Source of the DNA: Basidiobolus meristosporus CBS 931.73
Lineage: Eukaryota > Fungi > Basidiobolomycota
DNA: 64,000 nucleotides
Assembly (NCBI GenBank): GCA_002104905.1
Contig: MCFE01000014.1
Location: 62,001-126,000 of the forward strand
Direction of reading: 5' to 3'
The notes under the pieces were generated by a model. That model did not search any database and had not been told where the DNA came from. It saw only the letters and a program-made list of their open reading frames with translations. This document shows, in pieces, positions 1-10,848 of this stretch (position 1 is its first letter; every line of letters starts with the position of its first letter). The translations under genes and the position numbers were made by a program.

Positions 1-12
1 TACGCTAAACAG

Positions 13-1976
13 GATGAAGCTCACGTAATCAAAGATTACTCTACTATTCAATCGAGAGCCGCGTGTAATCTATCAGCAGAAAGACGTTGGTGTCTGAGGC
101 AAGCATATATAACACAAGAGGCTGTAGGTAACATAGGAATAACGTGAGTTTTATACTTGTATAGCGGAACGCCCGTACAGAACAAGATTGATGATCTGTA
201 CAGCCTGGTTAAGTTTCTACAGATCTCACCATTGTGCGAGTTTCCACTATGGCAGCAGATTTTCTCCCGGCCATTGAAGAACAATGAAAACCTAGCAGTG
301 CTTCGACTACAAACCTTGATGAAGTGTATCACGTTGAGAAGAGTGAAAACCCAAGAGTGCGATGGAAAACCAATCCTTCAACTTCCACCTAAGCGAGATA
401 TCTTTGCATGGCTGGAGTTTTCCGAACCGGAGCAGAAGTTGTATGATATGGTGGCCAAAGAGGCCAAAGAGAAAGTGAACAAAATGCTAGATGCAGCAAA
501 TCCGGTTAGCAGCGAATACCTGTTTATTCCATATATTCTCCAATCTTAATGCCGTGGCACTTTACCAGTTAAAGCAATACATGAACGTCCTACAGTGGAT
601 CCTTAAGCTTCGACAGATTTGCGCCCATCATGGCCTATGTGACACTTCGGTATTGAATCTTGAGGTGAAAGGTATAGATGACGTCAAGTTGGATCCAAGG
701 AGCACTGTACTGAGCTCAGATCCCCTCCTGTTCTAGATGATACCCAGTTGAAAGATAAGGCCGGCCTGCTGTTATCGATTCTGCGGGATTCCGGTGATGA
801 TAAATGCCAATTTTGTTTCCAAGAGGCTGGCGATTTGCCATACCTGACCAAATGCGAGCATATGTAAGTATGGTATGATTGCTGAGCTCGAATGTCAATC
901 TTATGCTGTGCTTTGTATAATACTAGATTTTGCCAGTCCTGTGCTACAAATCTGATTTTGGAGGATTTTGCCAAAGGGAAAACATGTCGTTTTTGTCCTG
1001 CCTGCGGTCTTGCATTAGCTAAAGCCGATGTAGTCCAAGTCCGAGGAGAGGAGGTACCCATCGAGGTGAGTACTGTACCGAGTCACCGTTGATGTTGCTG
1101 TTCATTTATTGACTTGGCTGTCTTTCTGAAGTCGACTCAGCCATGCAAACTTCGCCCTGGACTTCCGGAGCAAAGTACTAAGATCCAAGCACTAATCCAA
1201 GCACTTCAAACGCCTTCTCTCAACGATGAGGCGAACAAGGAGCACAAACCGGGAAGCATCAAAAGTGTAGTCTTCTCACAGTGGACTGGGATGCTGGACT
1301 TGATTGAGGTAGAGATGTTGTTTGTCCCCCTATTTCATACTCCGTCACTGAAGGATGTGGAAACTTAGGTTGCCTTGAAGGAGAACAACATCCAATTTGC
1401 AAGACTAGATGGTAAAATGACCCGAGTTCAACGATCGCTCAATATCGAGAAGTTTCGTGATAGTTCTCACGTGTCTGTCATATTGGTTTCCCTCAAGGCC
1501 GGTGGTGTTGGGTAAGGCTGTTCCATGAACGCAATATGCTGTCGTACGTTTAACTCTGTCTCTAACTTCCGATCGTTCCTTTCAAGCCTAAACCTAACCT
1601 CGGCACAACGGGTGTTTTTGATGGATCCTTATTGGTAAGCCTAAAGCAAGACCACAGCGACCGAGATTCCTACTAACTTACTGCTTCATGCTAGGAACCC
1701 CGCTGTTGAGAATCAGGCTATCGACCGAGTACATCGTCTGGGCCAGAAGTTCCCGGTGGAGGCGGTTCGGTTTATGATGAAGGTAATACCACATGCGCCC
1801 TTATTTCTCCGCACGTTTCTTATGGCATTGCAATACCCCGATAGAATTCGATCGAAGAAAAGATCTACGCCCTCCAGATGAAGAAAATCCAGTTGACGCA
1901 AATGACATTCCGCGAGAAGCCCGAAAACACAACACCCCAACAACGTCTCGAAGATATTCGATACTTATTCCAGTGA
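13..1976 (+). CDS. SNF2-family ATPase/helicase with C3HC4 RING finger (Rad5/HLTF/Rad16/Uls1 type), multi-exon, 5' part outside the window
   Basis: Spliced translation gives DEAHVIK (motif II, from 13), WCLSGTPVQN (motif III), [79 protein letters not shown] (helicase C); final exon NSIEEKIYALQ...RYLFQ* with TGA at 1974-1976. Orthology within the subfamily cannot be resolved by eye. Confidence 0.92.
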
Positions 1977-2242
1977 GGGGCACCTGTCTAAACCCTGTTT
2001 TTTGTACATTATCACTTTCTATTTCCACGGGTCTCGGTTTACTCTGTAATCGAACCTCACCCTTCGTACATAGAGATCCATATAAAAAGATTGACTAGAG
2101 TCGAGCACGAACTAAATTTTAGTGGCTTTATTTCAATATCGTTAAATATCTATTTGGCGGGAATGGATGGAAATTGTTTCCCAGGTTGTTGTGTGAGCGA
2201 GGTTTGAGGGTTGGAATCGTATTTGTGGTGGTATTGAGGCGC

Positions 2243-4183
2243 TTAGAACTTGTAAGCTGACCCGCCGCCATTGCCACCATATTCGCCGCCTTCTCCACCT
2301 CCGTTACCACCGTACTCCCCTCCACCCCCTCCGCCACCACCGTATCCACCGCCAGAGCCTCCGCCATGACCGCCGTATTCACCACCACCACCACCGCTAC
2401 CACCATATCCACCAGAACCACCGCCGTTTCCACCATATTCGCCACCGCTACCACCGCCGTTTCCACCATATCCTCCACCGCTGCCACCACCGTTGCCGCC
2501 ATATTCCCCGCCACCGCCATTTCCACCGTATCCTCCCCCGGAGCCGCCTCCATTACCGCCATATCCTCCTCCTCCTCCGCTGCCACCGTATCCACCGCCA
2601 GAGCCTCCGCCATTGCCACTGTATCCACCACCTCCTCCACCGTTGCCTCCATATTCGCCGCCACCGCCACCGCCACCACCATTACCACCATATCCTCCTC
2701 CTCCGCTGCCACCTCCGTTGCCACCGTATCCACCGCCGGAACCTCCGCCGTTGCCTCCATATTCGCCGCTGCCGCCGCCACCATGACCACCGTATTCACC
2801 ACCACTACCTCCTCCGTTGCCTCCATATTCACCGCTGCCGCCGCCACCATGACCACCGTATTCACCACCACTACCTCCTCCGTTGCCTCCATATTCACCG
2901 CTGCCGCCGCTACCATTACCGCCGTATCCTCCTCCTCCTCCGTTACCACCGTATCCACCGCCGGAACCTCCACCGTTGCCTCCATATTCGCCGCCACCGC
3001 CACCACCATTACCACCATATCCTCCTCCTCCGCTGCCACCTCCGTTGCCTCCGTATCCACCGCCGGAACCTCCACCGTTGCCTCCATATTCACCGCTGCC
3101 GCCGCCACCATTACCGCCGTATCCTCCTCCTCCTCCGTTACCACCGTATCCACCGCCGGAACCTCCGCCGTTGCCTCCATATTCGCCGCCACCGCCACCA
3201 CCATTACCACCATATCCTCCTCCTCCGCTGCCACCTCCGTTGCCACCGTATCCACCGCCGGAACCTCCACCGTTGCCTCCATATTCACCGCTGCCGCCGC
3301 CACCATTACCGCCGTATCCTCCTCCTCCTCCATTACCACCGTATCCACCGCCGGAACCTCCGCCGTTGCCTCCATATTCGCCGCCACCGCCACCACCATT
3401 ACCACCATATCCTCCTCCTCCGCTGCCACCTCCGTTGCCTCCGTATTCGCCGCTACCACCGCCACCATTACCGCCGTATCCTCCTCCTCCTCCGCTACCA
3501 CCATATCCACTGCCAGAACCTCCGCCGTTGCCTCCATATTCGCCGTCACCACCACCATTACCGCCGTATCCTCCACCGCCGCCTCCGCCGTTACCTCCAT
3601 ATTCACCACCACCGCTACCACCGCCATTACCGCCGTATTCTCCTCCTCCTCCGCTACCACCATATCCGCCGCGGGAACCTCCGCCGTTGCCTCCGTATTC
3701 GCCGCCGCCACCACCGCCGCCACCACCGCCGCCATTACCGCCATATCCTCCACCTCCGCCTCCACCGTTACCTCCATATTCACCACTACCACCACCACCA
3801 TTACCGCCGTATCCTCCTCCTCCGCTGCCACCTCCGTTGCCACCGTATCCACTGCCGGAACCTCCGCCGTTGCCTCCGTATTCGCCGCCGCCACCACCGC
3901 CGCCATTACCGCCATATCCTCCACCTCCGCCTCCACCGTTACCTCCATATTCACCGCCACCACCACCACCAGAACCTCCGCCATGACCGCCATATTCACC
4001 GCCGCCGCCGCCACCACTGCCGCCATATTTTCCACCAGAACCACCTCCATGACCTCCATACGACACACCGCCACCACCATTACCGGCGTAATCTTTTGTG
4101 TCATATCCACGCTCCAAGACTGCGGCATTAACCAGCGCCACGGCAGAGGCAACAAACAGGATTTTAGCCGACGAGAACTTCAT
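2243..4183 (-). CDS. Secreted glycine/tyrosine-rich repetitive protein (646 aa), probable structural cell-wall/surface protein
   Basis: Single ORF from ATG; N-terminal signal-peptide-like MKFSSAKILFVASAVALVNA; remainder is repeats of GGEYGGNGGG / GGGYGGNGGG; TATA-like sequence (plus-strand tatttata, ~4238-4245) upstream. Confidence 0.85.
   Translation of the reverse strand: MKFSSAKILFVASAVALVNAAVLERGYDTKDYAGNGGGGVSYGGHGGGSGGKYGGSGGGGGGEYGGHGGGSGGGGGGEYGGNGGGGGGGYGGNGGGGGGGEYGGNGGGSGSGYGGNGGGSGGGGYGGNGGGGSGEYGGNGGGGGGGYGGNGGGGGGGGGGGEYGGNGGGSRGGYGGSGGGGEYGGNGGGSGGGEYGGNGGGGGGGYGGNGGGDGEYGGNGGGSGSGYGGSGGGGGYGGNGGGGSGEYGGNGGGSGGGGYGGNGGGGGGEYGGNGGGSGGGYGGNGGGGGYGGNGGGGSGEYGGNGGGSGGGYGGNGGGSGGGGYGGNGGGGGGEYGGNGGGSGGGYGGNGGGGGYGGNGGGGSGEYGGNGGGSGGGYGGNGGGSGGGGYGGNGGGGGGEYGGNGGGSGGGYGGNGGGGGYGGNGSGGSGEYGGNGGGSGGEYGGHGGGGSGEYGGNGGGSGGEYGGHGGGGSGEYGGNGGGSGGGYGGNGGGSGGGGYGGNGGGGGGGGEYGGNGGGGGGYSGNGGGSGGGYGGSGGGGGYGGNGGGSGGGYGGNGGGGEYGGNGGGSGGGYGGNGGGSGGEYGGNGGGSGGYGGSGGGGGEYGGHGGGSGGGYGGGGGGGGEYGGNGGGEGGEYGGNGGGSAYKF
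2924..3508 (-). repeat. Higher-order tandem repeat (~195 nt / 65 codons) inside the Gly-rich CDS
   Basis: The anchor gtatcctcctcctcctcc(g/a)ttaccaccgtatccaccgccggaacc recurs at 2924, 3119 and 3314 (195-nt period). Confidence 0.75.
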
Positions 4184-4568
4184 TCTTGTAGTACGAACTG
4201 AGAAACTTTAATAAGCAACACAAATTCTTGAGCGGGTATTTATACACAGGAGACATCTAATGAGGCAGGTTTGATGTTGATCTTGGGAGATAATCCAGGG
4301 GAGTAACGATTGTTCTGAGCCGGAAACAAAACTGACATGGTTGGTCACCGATCGTGCATGACCAATCTAATCCTGAGACTTGCATGGTTTATTGAGTGTT
4401 GATTGAGGTCTTATGTGCTTACTACACATTCAAGTGCAAAGGACAGATCGACACTCCTGGACAATGAACATCCGCATGACATGCATGCGAATAAGGAACG
4501 AATCAAGCGAATGGGATTCAGCGATGATTGATGACCAACATCACCCCTTACTCAACAAACAATCAACA

Positions 4569-6744
4569 CTACAGCAACGAAGTGTCGAATACTCGATACC
4601 TCTTTACCAAACTGCCATCCTCGGCGGTGACCGTGTACGACTTGATGCAGCAATCAAACCAAAGTCCGTTGTAGGGCGTCAAGCGAGGGCCGTCCCATAA
4701 TTTACGAAACCTCTGGTGAAGGGCGTTAAGGGTTTCCTGATCTGCATGCAAACTGGATTTGATCAGCAGAGAATCGATTTTTGTGACTGCAGGAGCTTAC
4801 TTGGTGGGGGGCAGGCCGTCGAAGAAATTCCTCTTAATGAGTTCAGGGTTGAGTTCGAAAAGGACTGGTGATGGAGATAGGATAGCAATCACATACCGCA
4901 TCTTTTCCGTACAGATACACCGGCAAAGTGGATCGAGCGCGATCCTCCACTAGTAGGGCAAACATGTAGATGAACGAATATTTGCTCATTGTAAACGAGC
5001 ACTCGGGGCATTGTGTGAGCTGGATGCGCGTAGGGGCGAGGCTGGTGAACATGTTAGATGCAGTGGTAAGCAAGGGAATCGCCAAAGCAAAACCTTTTGT
5101 TGCAATTGGTGCAATACGGTCTTGCGAAGTCCTCCATCTTTTCTGGCATGTAGTCCGTGAGACGTACTCGGATCCGGAACTTCGCATTAGCCTAGCAAAC
5201 ATCAGACAGATGAGATAAGCCGCACCCGACGCGCTGGTATAGATGGCGGACATGCCTGAGGGTGATTGAGCACATCGTCTATCGAGACTGGGATCTGCGT
5301 TATGTGCTTGATGGCTGAGGGTAGTGCGGTGAGCAGCTGCACACTGGGCATGCTAAATACCAGACGTACCGGTGATCTGTGGATTGTCGTGGCTCATCCC
5401 TTCGGCAAGATTTCGAGAAAATTCAGCATTGGCGTCTTCCAGAAACTCCTTCTTCTGTCTTGAGGCAGTTAAGTAACGACGCGGTGAGTCAAAAGAGACG
5501 CTCGATAACAATACCGGTTTAGGTCTGCGACCTGGGGATGCGACTTGTCCAGGATGACGACGTTCGGCTCGCTGTTCAGATACCCACGTTTGTCTCCGTG
5601 CAGCTTGAATTCCATATAGCCCATTGGGGATATCTTGGCATTGAGGTTTCGCATGAAGACATAGCTTCCAATTGGCAGCTGTTCTCCCACCTCCGCGTGC
5701 TCGTCCCAGAGTAGGCATTGCACCACTCGAGGGCCATAGACCGCGTACGGATCCTGGGGGTTTCTTGGGGTTACGCTAACGTTTGTGGGTGAGCGAATAC
5801 GTTCCGGGATTAGAGGATTCAATGATTCTTACGGTAAACTGTGGTTAGTGGTGTAGTCAGTCAACTGGAGCTCAACGCACGACGGAAGATTCCCCGAAGT
5901 CACTTTCACAACCTTTGAAGTGGGAAATGGGCGTGAGCGTTCGCGTCTAGACCAGTTTTCGAGAAAGGCATCCTACCTCACCCACAAAATCAAAGAAGGT
6001 GTAAGCTTTGACTTGGGAAAGTTTCAATGTCGACCGCTGAGATTTTGGCGGTACATATTCCTTCAAAACTGGCACAGAGATGGGTGCGTCTTTCGCCAGC
6101 CACCACTCCTTCATCCATTTGGCGATGCGAAAGTCACACTCGTGTGAAACGAAGTTACTCGATTTCGTACACGCGTCGGAGTCGCGACTTCCGTCAATCA
6201 CCATCCAACTGGAGGATTTGGTGGAAATTGCTTGGGTTTTGTTGCCGAAGGGCTGAATCTACTAGGTCGTTAGGGAATGCGGTCTACTCTATGGAATGCT
6301 TTCGCGTAGAGTAGCATGAGGAGGTCGCATACCTTGACTTCTTTGCAGAACAATATATCCCCAGTCTTGGCCACTTTCGGGAGAAGCCCCACAGAGGATT
6401 TGAAGTAATTGATGACAACGGCCGACCCACCAGCGGCATCGGACTTTGGGTCGGTGATCACAGTGGAGCCTACATAGTCTACAGAAATTTTCAGCTTGGG
6501 ACTGACACCAGCATGAGGTAGGTGGTTCAAGGCTAACCGGTTCCTCGGCTCTTCTTGGGCGCTTTGAAGCTAGTAACCACCCCCACCACATTCGCATAGT
6601 TCGACCGGGGCCGCAGGTCCAATATTGATACATAGCCTAATTCCCCTCTCTACAAACGATTCTTTATTAATTCCCAACTCGAGCTCTCTCGAAAGCAAAA
6701 AACCTAACCTCATACTCCTGTTGAGTCTCTGAGCAACTCATCAT
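4569..6744 (-). CDS. POT1: Protection of telomeres protein 1 (OB-fold telomere end-binding protein), multi-exon
   Basis: Spliced N-terminus MMSCSETQQEYERGELGYVSILDLRPRSNYANVVGVVTSFKAPKKSRGTDYVGSTVITDP; OB1 INYFKSSVGLLPKVAKTGDILFCKEVK; OB2 FFDFVGEV..ELQLTDYT..YGPRVVQCLLWDEH..IGSYVFMRNL; C-terminal OB CPEC..YSFIYMFALLVED..LPVYLYGKDA..WFDCCIKSY..RYRVFDTSLL*. These match the known POT1/TEBP-alpha architecture. Confidence 0.88.
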
Positions 6745-6962
6745 AGGGCGTGTGACCACCGGACTGATCAAGACGATTTATAAGCAGATGTTTTGGTGAG
6801 GAAAACGGGCAGATCATTGGACGATGCTTGAGGGATAAATATTTATTATTGGGAAAGCAGCACAAAAAGTACGGGCTATTTTATGATTACATTGGATGCT
6901 GACTGGGGGGATTTTTCTTGTTTACAATTCATTCAGTTGGAGGCCGCGTTCTGGACAGTAAC

Positions 6963-9188
6963 TTAATCCGATGTTCTGGACGCAACGCTTGGGCGAAACT
7001 CGACCGCACACGAAGCCCCGTCGCAGAATCTTTCCATCTCCGGGTCCTCGTTGTCCCCCTTGTGGAAGTCCACCTTCGAGATCCCGCTAGCCATCTCGAA
7101 GTACTCATCCTCAGTGATGGCCTCGTAGGGCATCTGGGGATAGACGCCAGCTGGGATGCGTGGAAGGAAAGAAATCCCCTTGAGTTGGTATTGGAAGTAA
7201 TCCAGGGCGTGCTTCATCTGGTCCCCTTCGGTTTCCGGATCAAATGTCACCGTGCAACTGACCTGATTGTCCGACCAATAGCGTTGAAGGAATGAGGTGA
7301 GGCTGAGCTGCTCCCACATCGACACCTCTTTCAACCCACGCAAGCCCTCGCCATGATCAATGGGGATCTCTACCACGTAAGTGCTGCTCTCCCACACGTC
7401 GTCTTCTATCTTGTAGCCGGCTTTGCGCAGAGGCTCGATCAGCTCCGAGCTTTTCGCGATACGTACTCGTCTGATGCAGTACCGGGACTCGGGGAAATGA
7501 AGCCCGGGGGTAGCGCCGGCGAGCAGTGAGACCGTTCCGGATGGCTTGACAGTGGTGGTTTTGATGGAGTGGGGGATGCAGAACAGTCTCGATAGCTTAT
7601 CGTCCACCGCCTGGACCTGAGCATATCCCTCTTCGCACCACTTCTTGAACTCATGGATGCCATGCTTGCTGATGAACTGTGCAATGCCACTCAAGCCGGT
7701 TCCGATGCGTCTGTTGCGTAGCATCACGCGGTTGGTCTCTGCCCAGTGGGTTTTGCCGAGGGTGACGGTCTTGGCGTACATGAAGGCCAGCTCGATGGTT
7801 TCAAGAAACTCCTCCATGGTCTCGTGGTTGTTGGGGAAGATCTCGACCAAGCAACAAAGCTCGAACGATTCCAAGGTCTGTTCCAGGCATGGGTTTCCTC
7901 CCAGCGCCAGACGGTCCTTCATGTTCTTGGGATCCTCCATGCGTCCGTAGTTCTGGGCATTTTCGAGCCAGGCAAACCCAGGCTCCCCGTTCTTGGCCGC
8001 GCGGGCGCAAACGCCGGAGTAGTCCATGCCCAACTCCGCAAATACCGAGTTATTACTGGTCCAGCCGTACTCGATCCGATGCGGGTTGACCTCGTAGTTC
8101 TTGAGGTCGATGTACTCCTCGTCGTTGGGATCCCCAAATGCGATTTCTGCTGTTCTACGGATCTGGACAAAAGGGGTTAGTTGACACTACCAACACATGG
8201 TTGCACAAAGGTGTTCTATTCTTACGTTGCCAGCGACCACGCACTTGCCAATCAGATTCATGATGTCGACGATGCTGGTGACGGAGATGGGCGCCCCCAC
8301 ATTCTTCTCCAGGATGTTGCGCACTTGAAGATGGAGGTCCTTGAGTGCGGCCGAGCCTGAGGAGACCCCGCCAAATCCCTTGATAGGGAGGCCAGCCGGC
8401 CGGATCTTCTCGTAATCGAATTCCTGGACTGGCATGCTTGGATCGAAGTACGACTCGATCAAGAGCTCCAAGGATTTGACCCAGCCCTCACGAGAATCTT
8501 CGATGACATAGGTCTCGGTGCGGCTCTTGTCTGGTCCCGTTATATTGATATGTTTCTCCTTTGCAGTGGCTGCCCCTCTGGTGTCAAAGCCGACGCCCAC
8601 TCCAAGCATGGAGGCGTCCATCAGGAAGGTGAAGGGGCGACTGCGTTGATGCCCCTCTTCAAACATGCATGTGGTGCTAACGAACGCGCAGTTGTTCAGG
8701 GCGGTGTAAATCCCGCGCTCCTCTGTCAATGGGGATCCCATCGCCCAGAGGCCTCTGCCGGGTGGAAGGAACTTCATGTGGAAGATACGGTCAAACATTT
8801 TCTGTGCGGTGACCTGAGCTGACTGAGGATTCCAGCCTAATTCGTTCAGCTCCATGTGGCGCTTTTGCATGTTAAATGTGCCATTCACCACTCGCTCCAC
8901 GGTCTCAAACCTAAATTCAGTGGTGTTAGAGGATTCCAGTGGCTTACAGCACTTCCTATCCGAGGCCTACCATTGCTCACGTTCGCCGTTCTCCTTTAGC
9001 CGAGAGTAAGTTCTCTGGTACACGATGTTGCCCAAGCCGTTGAACCCAAACGGCGCTCTTTGGTGTCTATATTTTTCAACAAACTCGGAGTCCAGCTGGA
9101 ATTGGTTGCTGCCCTTTTTGCTGCTGCTGCTGCTGCTACTGGCAGTGGCTGGTGAGCTGGTAGACTGAGCATTCTTTACGGCACCCAT
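6963..9188 (-). CDS. nrdJ: Class II adenosylcobalamin-dependent ribonucleoside-triphosphate reductase (monomeric NrdJ/RTPR type), 3 exons, ~700 aa
   Basis: Exons 9188-8971, 8910-8226, 8162-6963 joined by GT-AG introns (60 and 63 nt) give FLPPGRGLWAMG, ALNNCAFVS, GKCVVAGNIRRTAEIA, GGNPCLEQTLESFELCCLVE, TTVKPSGTVSLLAGATPG and a C-terminal CDGASC cysteine pair; no ATP cone. Confidence 0.93.
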
Positions 9189-9236
9189 ATTTTCAAATTC
9201 TTTACAAATGGAGATGGCTTTTTGTTACAGCAAACG

Positions 9237-9434
9237 AATATTGGTGGTCCACTCGTCCACACCAATATTTATACCAGTTGTCTGTGGGCTGGACCCTGCC
9301 ATTCCACCCTCATCACCAGGATGAACCCAGGGTGATCGCCAGCTGGATCCCCGGATCTGTTGCCGCAGCCGAGCCCAGTTTCATTTATTCAGCCGCCATT
9401 TTTGGGAACCAGCTAGGATCTGATCCGGCGCGTT
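9237..9434 (-). promoter_or_regulatory. Putative RNR promoter: TATA box and MCB/E2F-like element
   Basis: Minus-strand TATAAATA at 9272-9265, ~75 nt before the ATG; ACGCGC/GGCGCG at 9427-9434 resembles G1/S cell-cycle boxes (inference). Confidence 0.4.
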
Positions 9435-10848
9435 GACCTTCGTGTGATGGACGTGTTTTTACTCGATTTGGCTCCGACGGATAGACTTCACCAACCGCAG
9501 CCCGTGAATTCACCAACCTTCCTAGATCTCCTCCACCGCACCAAAGTGAGCATGGTCGAGCTGGTGGTGGTGTGATGCTGGGTTGGGTTAGGTATCAACG
9601 GTTCCCATAGTTGGGGAGATGGATCGATCACAATTCGCCCGGGAAACCAAAACAATGCGGGTTCTAGCTCGGATTCCTCGGACTAGAGCCTGTTCCGACC
9701 GCTGTCAGATATCCTAGCGAACTGGACCGTCACGCCTTCATCTAGAGCCCCTCTGTTGACCGGGTGGTCTTTGTTTTGATGTGGATGCCATGCCAAGTAC
9801 CTTCCCATTCTCTCGTTCGAGGTGACTTGATTTCCTCCCGGTCACGTGATATACATTGGCGGTCCCATTCATTGGCCGAGAGGAAGGTTTTACACAAACA
9901 AAGCAATCTTCACGAATCCACCAGCGAGATTACTTGGCTTCACTGCCACCCTCGCCTTCTGTCTAGGCCGAAAAAAAAATATCCTTCCAACTGGAACCTG
10001 GGGCTCAGTCCACTGTAAACAAGGTGGATTCCCTGGGTGGCAAGGTTCGCATTCATTGGGTCGAGTCGTGAATTATGCCATCCGCTTCAAGAGGTTCAGA
10101 CACCTTGGAGTGGATACCTTAGCAATCCCATTTTGAGGCCATGTCCTGTACCACCCTCATGCGGGGAGTTGTGGCTCGGTGCCTACTTGAGAAATTTTAG
10201 CTTCAAGCTTAATCCAGCCAGTTACGAGTTCTACGGTGGGGTGTAGGGCCATGCAAGTGCACTGTATATCAAGTACTGTTGGCGGTGTGCAATTGTGTGA
10301 TAGGGATGGTTGAGGTTAGGATACACGGGTTACTGTGATACTGTTGGGGATGATCCTGTCCGATGTTCTAAAGTGTACTCACAACTACCGGCTCACTGGG
10401 TTGAGCTTTTGGCTAATGAGTATTTGGCACGGGCTTTAACACACTGTTGCATATTTGGTTGGTTTGTAGGCTGTCGTATCTCAGGCAGCATCCAATCTTA
10501 TAACCCTGCGAGTTCAGATTTGGCGGCATTTGCTTATTTTTATTGAGATAGCCCAAATATCCTGCGGGATCGCAAGCAAAAGGGCGTAGACAGTCATTTT
10601 GGTGACTGCTATGTGGTCAAAGAGGTGACGAGTACATGGTGCAACATCATCAGGTAGCCACCAAAGAAAAGGAAAAAGGTTGCTGTGTAGTGAGCTACAA
10701 CAGAAATGCCAACATTCACATCAGTTTGGTATACCAAGGTATGTGCAGCTCTATACAAGTAAGCAAGAAGCCATGACTGATTCATCCAAGAAAATACTGC
10801 TGGAAAGGGCAATGCAGCCCATCCAGAGTATAAAAAAAATGTTAGAGG

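Noticed and set aside
2128-4201. Long alternative-frame ORFs (675 aa minus; 611 and 367 aa plus, Pro-rich extensin-like and Thr/Ala-rich)
   Set aside because: Shadows of GGN/TAY repeat codons, which lack stops in other frames; only the 646-aa frame has an ATG plus signal peptide.
9189-10100. Cobalamin riboswitch upstream of the class II RNR
   Set aside because: Only CCACTGTAA (~10010) resembles the B12 box; it is on the wrong strand and the GGGAA/GGTG-AA-TCC core is missing.
10404-10416. U2 snRNA-like CTTTTGGCTAA
   Set aside because: 11-nt match only; branch-recognition GTAGTA and the rest of U2 absent.
10490-10512. Telomerase RNA template near POT1 (TAACCCT)
   Set aside because: Only 7 nt, lacks the repeated alignment portion, and no pseudoknot could be supported.
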